A stretch of DNA of 62,571 nucleotides, the filler included, from Hausera hauseri (Eukaryota), in assembly GCA_046269625.1 (NCBI GenBank). It is 11 parts of 11 records of this genome, joined end to end, with 100 filler letters (N's around TTAATTAATTAA, not from the genome) between each part and the next. Parts side by side here need not be neighbours in the genome. Positions count along the whole stretch, not along the records: positions 1 to 5,971 come from JBJURY010159978.1; positions 6,072 to 14,965 come from JBJURY010507685.1; 9 more parts are not named here. One strand, written 5' to 3'. The notes below the pieces were generated by a model. That model was not told where the DNA came from. It ran no database searches and saw only the letters and a list, made by a program, of their open reading frames with translations. Below, one piece after another: positions 1 to 12,731 of the stretch. The position numbers were made by a program, and so were the translations under genes. Positions within the stretch are counted from its first letter, which is position 1. The number at the start of each line of letters is the position of its first letter.

Positions 1-717
1 CTCTGTCAGCTCCCTTTCATTAAACAAAGAGACAGCAAAAAGGCGCCTTAATTCCACCAAGAGGAAACCTGGTCATTGTCTTCCTATGAAATGTTTGTCT
101 GACTTTGCTGCTCTGAAGAGAAGGAGGAGTTGTGAACGATGACATTCATTTTCTACGCTGTTTCAGAATTGTAGACTTGACAGGCATGACATGTCCTGTC
201 ATAATGGATAAATTGTCTTACTTCCATTGCTGTAGTAAAATATTTACAGGCGATCTGAGTCACTGAGGCTCTGTCAGAACTGCTTTATGATTTAGGAAAA
301 GTTCCATTAAGCTAAAGTTCGTGATCGTATATTCTTGAACAAAATACTGTGTGAGGCCTACGCTACGTCCAAAGGGACGGCGTCGCCTCTAGCATCGGAC
401 AGCGAGACTCACAAAAACATACAAAACCAGTCACCGACTAGCAAGAAAACAAAGAGAGAACAACCCAAAAGACTACTCCGTCACAACACCAGAAAAACAC
501 GCAGAGCTCCAGTCCATTCAGCAGATAGACAGCAAAACACTTACCACCACACGACAGCGCCACCTACCAACAAGAACAACAACGAAGGAAAAAAAAACAG
601 AACCCATGAGGCCACTGAGACACAACACCAAAATAAAATCGCACAAAGCTGGAACCTCTCCAGCACCAGGTTGCAGAGCACAAACCTTAAAAAAAAAAAA
701 AGGCGAAACCAAAGAGA

Positions 718-3700
718 CTACCCAGTCACAACACCAGAAAAAACACACAAAGCACGAACCCCTCGTCGAGAGCTCAGCGCTTTCCTCATAACGTCAGCAT
801 AACTAACCGGAGGCGTGATATCCAGCTCCTTAAAAAATCTATCCCTTTGCGGACTAAAGTGACTACAATAGAGAAGCAAATGATCAGGAGTTTCCGGGAC
901 GAGGCATACCGGACAAAGAGGCGAAGCAACAAGATTAGCCTTGAACAGCCAAGAGTTAGTAGTAATGGTTTTGGTCTTCCATCTCGCGATGGACACATCC
1001 GCGTACCGAGAGGAACACCAGTGGCTGTACCAGCGATCATCAGTTAGATAGGAGAAGTCATTATAGTAATCACTATCAAGCCAAGCGTACTCAGACTCAG
1101 TTTTCCAGTGGTCGCGAAAAGCCTCTTGACATCTTCCGGCGCAATTCTATTGTAACTGGCTGTCTGATAGGGGCCATGTTTGGCCAAATGGTCAGCTCTC
1201 TCGTTCTCTTTGATACCTCTATGCCCGGGACACCACACAAGCCGGACCCGTTGATTGCTCGCTATCAACCGTAACAACAGGTGCGAGAGGTGTAAAATGA
1301 CAGTAGGGGAACGCAGGGTGAGGGAGTGCAGGGCTTTTAGAACAGACAGACTGTCCGTCAAGAGAATAATATCCGAGAGGGCCGAATCCCCATGCGTAAT
1401 CGCGTAACAGATCGCAAGGGCTTCTGCCGTGAAGACGGAAGCAGTGTGAGGGATCAGAGCCGCAACTCCAAGTCCCGAAGAGGCATAAAAGATCCCAATT
1501 GCAGTCTTCAGAGTGTCTTTCGTCGCGTCAGTTGCAATCAGGCTCGCTCCACCTTGCCGCCTTCTCCAATCCCTCCACTCCCCTTGTATCACACTCTCAG
1601 GAAGATCCTTCCCCTGGAAAGGGAGGCACTGCATCAAAATGAGGCTTTTCAAATCCCCAAGGGGCGAGGTTGGCCAATTCAGCAACATAATCTGGCGGTA
1701 GTCGATTCCCAAAGAATCAAAGCTCTCACCGAGCCTCCAAGCCCAACCACTAGTACCAGACATCTCTGAGTTAAAGGACTCCCTGATACCCTGGCCGACC
1801 AACGAAAAGGGCAAAGATAAATGGCGAAGGAGGAAAGTCTTAGTAAGATACGCGAGTCTGCTGGCGACAGAGGAGACACCAGCCTCCCTGCGAAGAATCG
1901 GGATCGGTGTCCTTTTGGGCAACCCTGTGGCAAGCCGTATCGCAGCGTGGTACGTAATTTCTAAAGTGTTTAAAACGGTCCGACCTGCCGAGTAGAAGAT
2001 GGGACAAGCGTATTCAAAGAGGCTGCGAATTAAGCTATTGACTACTTTAAGCATATAATAACTACTGGCACCTCTAGTCCGACTCACAACTGCCTTGAGC
2101 ATGTTCAGTCTGCGGAACGCCTTGCTACGAAGATATTGAAAGTGATGGGAAAAGGATAAAGACTTACTAAGCCACACACCGAGTAGTTTTACACTAGGAA
2201 CCCATTTGATCTCGAAACCCTGCAAACGAAGAGGATCGTCGGACACGCGACGTCGAGAGAAGGAGATAGCCGTCGTCTTTTCCGGAGAGAGGCGAAGTTT
2301 GTAGAACGTGCACCACTGTGTCAGTCTGTCGATAGCATTCTGGATCTTATCGCGCGCTCTCTTTTCCTGATTGTCCACCACATAAAGAAAAATGTCATCC
2401 GCATAAATATTCATGAAAGTCCCCTCTTCCAGTGCTTCAAAAGCATCGTTCATGTAGATCATGAATAAAAGTGGCGATAAGACACAGCCCTGTGGGACGC
2501 CGCGGAAGTTGGTAGTAGCTGCCGTCAATCTCCTGGCCCACCGAACCCGTACAGATCTGTCAGTGAGAAAATTCCTGAGCCACAGTGCTATTTGACCTGT
2601 GATTCCCAGAGTGAGGCATTTGTACACTAAACCATCTATCCAGACGGAGTCATAAGTAGCCTGTATGTCAAGGCAAACCGCGAAAATATATTTGCTGGCG
2701 GCCCGCTCTTGAGCAATGTGGTCATAAGTTACAGCCAAAGTGGTTGTGCAGTCCCTGAAAGGGAAGAAGCCGAAATGATGCGGGTGTAAAATATTCTGTG
2801 AGCCCATCCACATAACAAGTCTGTTTAAAAGAATACGCTCGAAAATCTTAGCAAGAACTGAGGTAAGCGCAATTGGTCTGTACGATGAGATCGCCGAAGC
2901 TTCCTTTCCAGGTTTTAATATTGGCACAATGGTGGACTCTCTCCAGGTCTCAGGAACTCTTCCCGCCGCAAATAGGTCGTTAAAGAGTCTCAAAAGCGTC
3001 TCCTTATTGGATGGGTGTAAATGCTTTAGAGCTGTGGCAGATATCTCATCAGCCCCCGGTGTAGTGGCTTTCGTACTTTTGATGGCCATCTCTAACTCGG
3101 TGATGCTGAACGGTTTGTTCAACTCCTGGTTTTTTCCACTGAGATCATACGGTAAAGGTTCCAAAGGAGTCTCCTTACAGAAATGTCCCAAAAGCAGATC
3201 CGCCTGTACCCTCTCATCTGTAATACTTCTGTTGTTATGCATGATGTCAGTGGCGCTCGATTTCTTCTTATTTATCCGCTTGATGATCTTATAAATTCCA
3301 CCCCTAACACATTCTCTCCGGCAAACGTTTTCCCAATAGTCTCGTGAAGCTTGTTTAATTTGTTTTCGGAGTTTGCCAGCAAGTTTCTTGTAACAGAGCC
3401 AGTGGTCCCTCGAGCACAGAGAGCGGGCAAGATAGAGCTGCCTACGCTTAGCACATAGCAGAATCCGACAAGTCCTGTTCCACCAAGGGGGATATGGGTT
3501 GCCTGGAAAAAGTCGAAGGGTGGTAGCAGTCCGGATTTCTTTCTGACACACTGCGGAAAACTGCTCTATGTCGTTAGGCGATTCGCTGTCCAACACCTGG
3601 TTGATTCCCGTAGCCGCCAACTTCCAATTTGTGAATTTTCTACCCGGAGTCGCCAGGGTAGTTCTTATTCCTCCCAGTGTGATAACAAGAGGTTTGTGAT

Positions 3701-4313
3701 CCGAGTCAAAGGAATCTTGGCTCACTTCAATCGAGCAGCGGCTAAACCACTGAGGAGAGACTAAAGTCCAATCCAATAAGGAAGTAGTCCACGGCGTCAC
3801 TCTCGTCGGCGTATCAGTGTTCAGAGCGCACAGCGGTTGGTTAGCAAGCCAGGTCATAACGTCTTGCACCTGCCTGGGCACTGGCGGGCGTTGCTTCAGC
3901 AGATTAATGTTGAAGTCTCCTACAAACCATACCGCAATCTTGGTGGACCTAAGAATTTCTTCCATCCAGTCACCGGGAAAACCAGCAGTTCGACAGTAAA
4001 TGTTTACAATGCCAATCCACTCCTGGTTAATTCTCAGACAAACTCCCAGAGCTTCCACGTGCGGAGGGCCCGGAGGGAGGGGCCACGGTTTGGAAATAAG
4101 GGACGACTGAACAGCAGTAAGGAGTCCGCCTCCCTTCTCTCCCAAACGGTCATTTCTGTAAATAGTTTTATGAGGGATAGAAATAGAAAGATGAGCTTTC
4201 AGGAAGGTTTCCTGCAAACAAAAACAAAAGGAATCGTTAAAAAAGGCAGTACTAAGCCAATGTCCATTGGCAACAAAACCACGGCAGTTCCACTGAACCA
4301 GACGGAGACCCAT
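718..4313 (-). CDS. LINE ORF2: apurinic endonuclease, reverse transcriptase, RNase H and C-terminal CCHC; one frameshift near 1118
   Basis: APE: QWNCRG, LQET, GDFN, SDH. RT: YRPIALTS, GVPQGCVLSPLLF, YADD. RNase H: TDAT, SVFTAE, TDS, WCPGHRGIKENERADHLAK. The CPVC..ETPDHLLLYC finger lies in the shifted frame (718-996). Likely ATG at 4313 (MGLRLVQWN). Confidence 0.93.
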
Positions 4314-4388
4314 CAACCAAACAAAAAAAGAAAACCAGCAACACACAAAAAACAACAGGACCACCCAACAAAAAACCCACGGCCCGGG

Positions 4389-5678
4389 TCAAGTCCCCGG
4401 CGCCAGAGAAAGACCCGCTTTGATCTGATCAACGGAAAAGGAAGGCAAAAAGGGGGTAGGAGCAGACATGCTAATTTCCTGCATCACATCTTCAGTCTTC
4501 CTCTTAGCAACTTTTTGCAATTTCTTTCCCAATGGGGTTTTGGTTTTACTTGTCGAAGACTTCGTAGCCACGATTTGTGCAACAGCTTCAATTATTGTTT
4601 GCGTCATAGTGCTCATGATGTCTTGACACGCCTGCGTCTGTGCGTCTAACAACTGACTCACTAAAATTGTCATTGTATCCGTGATCTTCACCAACGACGC
4701 CTCCAAATCCGACTTGGTCACGTAATTATCCATGCACTGCTGTTTGACTTCGCTTCCTGCTGCCACCGAAGCATAAGATTGCGTCTTTTTCTCCTGGCCC
4801 TTATATCTTCTCCGCGCTTCACTGATAGAGAGATGATGGAGCCCTTTAAATTTCAAGATCTCCGATTCTTTCGTGAATTCCGGACAAGTTTTATCCTTAG
4901 CTTCGTGCGGTCCTTGGCAATTAATACACTTTACTTCTTCGGATTCACACGGTCCTTCGTGCTCGTTAGCAAATTTGTTGCAGATTTGTTTGCTGGTACA
5001 AGTTCTGGCATTATGGTCAAATTTAAAACATTTCCAACATTGTCTAGGCCTATCATAAAAAGGGCGAATTCTGTGCACCTCAAACCACAGCCGAACCTCT
5101 TCTGGCAAAGTCGTGCCAAGCTTCGTCACCAATATTGTGCCGCTGGCCTTGCGGTGGCCGTCTACTTGTTTTAGGAACCGGCGTACTTCGAGTATAGTCA
5201 TACCGGCTTCCTCCAGTTCCTCTGCAATGTCAGCGCATGTCACCATCGGGGCTATATCGTGAAGTAAGAACCGCGTTGTAATGCTTTCCCTCTGGACATT
5301 TACTTTCACCTCTTTGTTCAACAGTTGTCTAATAGACAACAAGTCTTGAACACATTGCGGAGATCCAGTCGTAATCAGAATTTTACCGTTACGCGTGCGT
5401 TTGTAGTACCGTATATCTCCTTGTGTAGTTACATGCTGCAAAAATTCTTCTTGCAGTCTCTTTGGATTTGTGTTTGGTATGACGCCATCGCATGCCTCAA
5501 TGAAAACAGTTACTCCTTTACATCCTACAATAATATCATTCGTGAAAAGACTGGGTAAAGAGGAAGTGTTTGTGTAGAGGTTCCGCTCATCAATAATGGA
5601 GGTATCTATCTGCATATGTACTGACGGTGCTTCCGACGCCATAGCGAGCGCGGTAAGAAGGGAACCGCCCCCCGCCAA
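4389..5678 (-). CDS. LINE ORF1 (gag-like nucleic-acid-binding protein)
   Basis: Three knuckles: RQCWKCFKFDHNARTC, ICNKFANEHEGPC (one Cys lost) and KCINCQGPHEAKDKTCP, followed by the ISEARR and SYASVA tail typical of I/Jockey ORF1. Confidence 0.9.
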   Translation of the reverse strand: MAGGGSLLTALAMASEAPSVHMQIDTSIIDERNLYTNTSSLPSLFTNDIIVGCKGVTVFIEACDGVIPNTNPKRLQEEFLQHVTTQGDIRYYKRTRNGKILITTGSPQCVQDLLSIRQLLNKEVKVNVQRESITTRFLLHDIAPMVTCADIAEELEEAGMTILEVRRFLKQVDGHRKASGTILVTKLGTTLPEEVRLWFEVHRIRPFYDRPRQCWKCFKFDHNARTCTSKQICNKFANEHEGPCESEEVKCINCQGPHEAKDKTCPEFTKESEILKFKGLHHLSISEARRRYKGQEKKTQSYASVAAGSEVKQQCMDNYVTKSDLEASLVKITDTMTILVSQLLDAQTQACQDIMSTMTQTIIEAVAQIVATKSSTSKTKTPLGKKLQKVAKRKTEDVMQEISMSAPTPFLPSFSVDQIKAGLSLAPGT

Positions 5679-5971
5679 AAAGCGGTATCACACCACCAAA
5701 ATGGAAAAGAAAACTCACTGCACCTGTGCAGTGAGGGAAAAAAACAAACAAGAATACAAGGGAAGATACAAAGAAACGAATTAAAAAACAGAAATAAAAC
5801 GAGTAAAACCTTACCCGAAAGCTGCCAAGTCGACACTCTAACCAAAAACGAAAAAGCCGCGTAAGCACAACAAACAAAACAAATCACCTGTGGCCACTCA
5901 AAGTACAGCGAAAAGTAGCGTCCTATGCTAGAGACCACCGACCCCAGAAACCCTAAGCTTACAACAGATCG

Positions 5972-6071
5972 NNNNNNNNNNNNNNNNNNNNNNNNNNNNN
6001 NNNNNNNNNNNNNNNTTAATTAATTAANNNNNNNNNNNNNNNNNNNNNNNNNNNNNNNNNNNNNNNNNNNN
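5972..6071. other. Artificial contig spacer (N-run, TTAATTAATTAA, N-run). Identical spacers at 14966-15065, 21268-21367, 26562-26661, 31523-31622, 37051-37150, 42142-42241, 46542-46641, 50959-51058 and 56249-56348
   Basis: Ten identical 100-nt blocks with a six-frame-stop linker. Composition and gene content change across each one. Confidence 0.98.
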
Positions 6072-7622
6072 TGTTATTTTTTAATGCGGTTTTCGAATTT
6101 GTGTAGCTGGATTCTTGCTCTTCAGGCTCATTTTCGATTTTTACTTTTTGGGATTTTTGTTGATTGGGGAAATGATTATTTCTCTCACAGGTTTCAAATT
6201 CAAAAAGGTCAGTTTGGGATTTTGATCGATTTTTTGACTTTTTAATTTAGACTTTTTGGTAATTAAGAGATCCTAACACTTTGGGTAAAGTTCGTACTCC
6301 TGCCATTGAATCTCAACTATGTTAATAATAAATTGATCGAATAGAATGCAATTTTAGTCAAACCTGAAATTGATAAGGGTTGTTTAACAACTAATACAAG
6401 ATCTCTCAATTTACATGAATTTCGTATGTATCAAATACTAATAGGCGTAATATTCGAACATTAGTTTATGAATATAGATTATCAATATTGGCTGGCGATA
6501 ACCAGTTTATTGTATACCAATAGGGTTTTGGATAGGAAGAGGTTCAGGAACGAACGTTACCTTATTACCGATAAATTAATAAAACCTAATACGACTAAGT
6601 CTACACGCCTTTGGTCATCTAAAAGTTCCTACATGAACTAGAATTTGGGGAATTCTTTTTCAACACGATTGGTGAACTTCCAAATGCATGGTAGAACATC
6701 GACATTTAAATAATTTACATAAGATCCTTTGGTCTTCAACTGGACACCATGGATACTTGCTGCATGATAAATGACTTCATTTTTTACTTGTCCTGTTCTT
6801 GTTCAGTTTTGATATTTCATTAACTGTTACTTGAAGATTTAATAAACGACGAATTTTACTCTCGTCCATGAAAATTTTGTAACACTCAATAATTACAAAT
6901 TATATTCCAATTTCTAAATACCAAATTTATGTGCAAATGCAATTTGTCTGTGTGTGTTCGTGCCAATCCATTTATTTACTGATGTCTGTTCGACTTTGTC
7001 AAATATTCAATTCTGCTTATCCACTGATGATTATTTGTCAATTGTGGATGATTCTTTGGTTGGAATGTCTGACTGTGGATTTTGAATGAGACAGAAATGA
7101 AATATTTGCAGATGCATGTGCATATTTGGTGAATTTGCTTTCTGCGCTAAAATTTGTTGATGATGACAATTTACTGATGTAGATGCGATTGATGCCAATT
7201 CATTACGCATGTAGGTTTGGTCATAAAGAAATTTCTGAATTGCTGATGTCAAATTGGTATGGCAGGTTTGGTAAGTAAATAATTAAATGGCTGTCAGTCA
7301 CAGGCAAATGGATGCAATACAACTACAGCACAACTGTGAATATATTACATTGCATAATTATATTCTGTTGCATCAGTTTGCATTTTGCAGCACATCCGTT
7401 CTGTCCATTAGACAGAGACCCAACAGATGATGTGTCGTGCATTAACAGTAACAGTGAAATTCTGTGGAAAAAACCTGTTTGCGGATTTGTGTGCAATGTA
7501 TTTGGCACTCCTTTAACAGAATGCATGCAAAGATTTTTTGAATTTATAACCAGGTAAACAAAATAAGTAGCATCAATTAAGTGCCATTTTACTGAACAAA
7601 GATTGGTAGGTAGAAAATGGGA

Positions 7623-9393
7623 AGTTTCCGTTTCATGTCGTCTTCACTTGACAGTTTAGTGAAGAACCTCCCTGCAGAAGAACTCAAGGAGACAAAACGG
7701 TTCTTGCCCACTGCATTTGACCTAGTTAAGAGGAAAGGGTGTTTCCCTATGACTATATAGCATCATGGGAAACACTGGATGAGACCTCATTGCCGGACAA
7801 GGACTTTTACAATATCCTCTCTGATTGCGATATCAATGATGCTGACTACCAGCATGCCCAGAATGTCTGACATACATTCCAATGCCGAACATTAGGAGAA
7901 TACAGCGACATACCTCAAGACGGACGTTCTGCTTCTGACGGATGTCTTTGAGAGTTTCGGGGATATTACGATAAAGAGCCATGTATTGGATCCGGCGCAT
8001 TTCTTTACGGCTCCAGGGATGAGTTGGGCAGCTATGCTGAGATATACAGGCGTCAGGCTGCAGATCATAAAGGATTACGACATATCCTCATGATCGAGAG
8101 AGGCATTAGAGATGGAATATGCCAGGCCATCCACCGGTATAGCGAGGCCAACAACAAGATATGGCCCAGTATGATCCATCCAAGGAATCCTCATATGTAT
8201 ATTATACCTGGATGCCAATAACTTGTATGGATGGGCAATGAGAGCCCTATTGCTATATGATAACTTCAAGTGGGTTGAGCATACTGAAAACATCCCTATA
8301 CTAGACCTGGATCCCACTGAAGATACGGGATACATACTGGAGGTAGATATGAAATATCCGGCTTCTATCCACACAAGGCATGAGCAGCTGCCTTTCCTTA
8401 CTGAGAGCAAAAGACCACCGAAAGGAGATTAGAAAAGTTAATATGCCATATTTGAAATCTGGAAAAATATGTAATCCGCTACATAAATCTCCAGCAAGCT
8501 GTCAGAAATGGACTCCGCGTTATTAAGATCCATCGGGACCTGCAGTTCAGCCAGTACATGTGGCTGCAGCCATACATAGATCTCAATACCAAGCTGCGTA
8601 CCAATGCCAAGAGCGACTTTGAGAAGGATCAATTCAAGCTATACAACAACAGCGTTTTTGGCAAGACTATGAAAAATATCCGCAACATGATCAACATCGA
8701 ACTGGTTTCTGAGTGGAAGCGGGCAAAGAAGCTCATTGCCAAGCCCAACTTCCACAGCAGCACCATATATGCGAAGAACTTGGTCAGCATCCATATGCTG
8801 AAAACGTCCTTGCAATTCAACAAGCCAATATGTGTGTATGGCAATACTGGATCTGTCAAAGACCTTGATGTACAAATTCCACTATGACATCATGGTCCCC
8901 ACATTCAAGTCCATACAGCTAAAGTATATGGATACTGATAGTTTCATCTATCAGATCCTTACATATGATATTTATAAAGACTTTGCCCAATTGGCACATC
9001 ACATGGATACCTCGGATTATCCGAAGGAACATCCAAATTATTCAATAGCCAACAAAAAGGACCTTGAGAAATTCAAAGACGAGGTGAATGGAGCAATCTC
9101 GAGATTTGTAGCTCTTAGGTCCAAAATGTATGCCATTGATATATGTAGCCAAGTAAAGAAGCGGATTAAAGAGGTTCAAAGGGCGACCTTAGCCAAGAAG
9201 ATTGGCTTTAATGACTATGTGAGAGTTCTGCATGAGCAGACTCATCATATCAAAGATGCGAAGGATCCTGTCTAGGGCTCATAACATTGAGACAGTAACA
9301 TTACAGAAGAAAAGACTAGATTGGATGGATGACAAGAGGCAGATTCTTGGTGACGGAATCCATACACTTCCTCACGGACATGTGGCATTGTAA
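7623..9393 (+). pseudogene. Protein-primed family B DNA polymerase (Polinton/Maverick type), C-terminal half, inverted relative to its N-terminal half
   Basis: Begins SFRFMSSSLDSLVKNL. Contains motif A YLDANNLYGWAM, motif B KLYNNSVFGKTM, motif C YMDTDSF, then KFKDE, LRSKMY and DDKR, with several frameshifts. Confidence 0.92.
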
Positions 9394-9470
9394 ATATGTA
9401 CACATTGTTATTCTTTGTTTAATAAATCTTTTATAGAAATATCGTGTTGTGTTCTTGGTCAAGTAATAAT

Positions 9471-11615
9471 AAACGGAAACTGTCTATGAAGCGAAGTCTG
9501 ATTTTCCGAATATGCTTGGTAAAGGTGATGTATTTTTCCTCACTATTAGGGATCACATCAATGTTTCCTTCAGTGCTGCCCAGTACCCGAACAATGAAAT
9601 GAGAATCATAGCCACTGATATTATGGAACACTACAGGCACATATATGCATGTTTTGCAGCGTAGATTGCAATGGTTACATGCTGCGACCCGATATGCACC
9701 TGTAAAATGGCAATGATCCCTGACTTTATAATTATCCTTAGTGAATGATTTTGAGCATAAGTAACATGCTGTTGCCTTGTGCCATTCTTCTTCTTGCTGC
9801 TTCGACATGCTCATGTCGTCCTTATGCTGCTGTTGCATATCTCCAATCCTATGAGCCATATCTTCAAGTCGCTTCATGAAATGAGATGCTGCGCCTGGAC
9901 CCCTCAATAGAAATGGTTCACTGTCCAGTCCTTTGGCATACATGCAATATTATGAGAGTTCATGATATTGGTATGCCGTTGTGTTGCTATGTTGAGGACT
10001 GGGAGTGCAGCTGTGAACTGGACGCAGAATCGCTTCAAAGTCGCAATAGATAACTGTTGGGACCTTGATCTTCTTCTCGAACTCCTTGAATTCAATGTAG
10101 TCCTGCTTGGGAAATCTGGCCTGATACAATAATTGTTGTTGCCGTACATTTTGTGTTCCTTCAGCTTCTACACAACTAACTTACCGCTGAAATGGGACAA
10201 GCATCGTTTACATATTTCTATTTGTCCATGATGTTTCGTAACTTGTGATCTGAGTAGCCGCTCAAAGTCTTTGATCCAAACATAATGTTTCTTTTCTCCA
10301 TTGTCTAGTAGGAGCAGATCCCTGTGATCTTCCAATTCAGCATCGCATATCTGCAGGGGATAGAATTTGTCCTCCTCATCCAATCTAAAGATATTGATAG
10401 ACATGTTGTTGATTCGCCCTAATTTTTTGACTTCATCTATGGATGGCGGGAACTTAATACATTGGAAGTCATAGCTGTGCTGCAGATCATTATATAGCCA
10501 AATTCGTGAAGCATGATCTTGATCCGTTACGAGTTTTGATAGAATGGCGTACATGAAAAACATGTGGTTATTATGGACATTGACACATGCTTTTTATTAG
10601 CGATCCAATCAGGGAGTTAAATAGATGAACTGCTCCGCATGAGAGTACTTGTGACCATACACAATCAATCTCTTGATGGTTTCCAGAGTCCATCCGCTCT
10701 TATCCTGGCTCTCCCCGGCTTCACAGATCAGCTTCTCGTGCGCCTCTTGCATCCATTCTGCTATATTGGTGTTTCCCAACATTGGTCTATTTTTGGTCTT
10801 GAAGACCCTATTGGATTCTTCGCCATCAACATTGATGTATGTGGCCTCCAGTATCATATTCACCTTAAGTGCTTTGAGCTCCGTTATGTTGTCCTAAAGA
10901 ATTCCCTCTGTCTCTTCCTTTGTGTAAAAGAGGAAGTCTTGGAGGATTGTTTGACCAGTTGAATCAATAACATATCTGCGGCATTTTCTCTTTAATGATC
11001 CTGCATCAACTGGCCGCTGTCTTTGGATTTTTGATGGAGCATCTGCTGCTGCAGCTATGCATTTTAGTCCTGCATCGGGCTTTGCTGCCGAAGCAGGCTG
11101 TACAATTGGCTGTGCTGCCGGAGCAGGCTTATGCCGCTGCTCATTACAAATGACCTTCTTTGACTTTTCTTGAAGTCTGTCAAATGGGCAATATGATCTT
11201 GGTAAAACTGCATATAACCTTCATCACATACAGCCTCACATCCTAGGCAAATATAATAGAGGATCATATTGAATTTGTATCCACAGTAGCTACTCATGGT
11301 ATTATCACAGTTCTGAGGATTGTGTAGTGCACATGTGCAATACACGTATGAACTGCATCTTTGATTTTCCTTAGACATGGAAGTCATTATTGGCATAGTG
11401 GTATTGAATATTTGTTTATTCCACTTGGTGAAGAAAATCGGGTGTTGTTTATGGGCATTGTAAAAGTCCCCATAACTGGTTTGGCACACTATCTCACATG
11501 TATGGCATATATAATACTCAACCCTGTTGTAAAGATGGCTGAAATATTTCTTCATAACATTGTGACAATTTTCAGGCTTGTGGATTTGAGCAAGCAGTCT
11601 TTGTATAGATTGCAC
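9471..11615 (-). pseudogene. pPolB N-terminal half: duplicated Cys/His domain, terminal-protein-like region, Exo I, endonuclease VII-like zinc motif, Exo II
   Basis: HYVWIKDFERL..CKRC, YCDFEA, DHCHFTGAYRVAACNHCN, VVFHNISGYDSHF and RFIDSFR. Collinear with the copy at 33040-36015. Confidence 0.9.
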
Positions 11616-11739
11616 ATCTAAAAATCAACCAATTATTTGAGGAGCACGAATGAAAATCTCGCCATTCGTGGAAGTGATTTTGTAAATAATGAAACATATA
11701 ACCATATCAACGCACACTGCCTCATTTATGAATTTTGTA

Positions 11740-12731
11740 AAATTTGGAATTTTCGAATATTCCAGAACACTGTTTTAATGAATCAAATAAATTAAATGCA
11801 CTTGGGCGACAACTTTAAGGTTTTCATACACGGGGAATCGAGTGCAGTCATTGGATTCTTCGAATAATGCATGCTTGATCGAGTTTCAAGTTAGAATAAA
11901 TAAATATTCGAATTGGAAGTTCGAATTCGAATGTCTAACGTCATATTCCGATACATCATACATGCTTTCCTATGTGTGCGCTTAAGGATTTATTGATTTC
12001 CGCTTCACTAAGCTTTAAATGCACATTTTGTTTCATTCGAAATATTGATTTTGTATCTATATAGCACATTTTTATGGAATAATTTTAAGGCATTAGGAGA
12101 TTTTCGGACATGGGGAATCGATTGCCGACGTTAGATTTTTCGAAAAGTTCGATATTCGAGGCAAAAAATTCGAATATTCGACTCGACATTCGAAATCGCT
12201 ATACTCGACTTACTAACTGTCCTCGCTAAATGTTGTATCGAATTTTGACTCCTTAGGGCCTAAAAACCGACGGGAAGTCTGCATCACCTCACTTTCAAGT
12301 CGATATTATTCGAAATCCACTCGATCGATTTAAATTCTAATTGCACATTCACACAGTGATCGTATATGCATTCGATTGCACCCGGTGCCGGATGCTAATA
12401 ATCAATATTGGAAATATCGGAAATCCGATATTATTGATTTTTCGACACTTGCACATATGCAGTGTACCTGCACTGTGCACCAATCGATATAAACTAATGT
12501 GCATTATCTATTAGCACTTTGCCCCGATCGATTCCATCAATTGTGCAATGCGCAACTATCGATTTGTGAAATGTATAAATGCGCCTAGCAACAATGCCTA
12601 GCGGCACCGTCAACTAGCACTACCAATCGATAGCGCTCCATGTGCACTATAGATTGGCACATGTGCAAAATTTATTTTATCGCTTACGCCCTCGGAGGTG
12701 GGTATGGGAGAACCGCCATTTTTACACTACT
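11740..12731. repeat. Palindrome-rich (TTCGAA/ATCGAT/GTGCAC) non-coding terminal region of the pPolB element, ending ...TTTTACACTACT
   Basis: Dense short palindromes (e.g. TTCGAATTCGAA at 11920). Internal direct repeat GGGGAATCGA..TTCGAA at ~11832 and ~12112. Homologous to 36060-36735 and, inverted, to 14520-14965. Confidence 0.7.

Larger units (their letters stand above)
335..5971 (-). mobile_element. Non-LTR retrotransposon, I group (I/Nimb/Loa/Ingi-like), near full length
   Basis: 5' UTR, ORF1 with zinc knuckles, ORF2 with APE-RT-RNase H-CCHC, and a T-rich 3' UTR on the minus strand. Exact ends and TSD not resolved. Confidence 0.92.

Noticed and set aside
335-802. 155-aa plus-strand ORF and other antisense ORFs over the LINE (e.g. 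3837-4649)
   Set aside because: Shadow frames of the minus-strand element and its low-complexity UTR; no motifs.
5972-6071. Recurring TTAATTAATTAA as a biological repeat or CRISPR-like array
   Set aside because: Always embedded in fixed-length N-runs, so it is a concatenation linker. No synteny can be inferred across it.
6072-7620. Short ORFs 7031-7252 and 7312-7557 as genes
   Set aside because: Probably fragments of decayed element cargo; no assignable product.
11740-12660. CRISPR array or baculovirus hr
   Set aside because: No fixed repeat-spacer periodicity, and no cas or baculoviral core genes.
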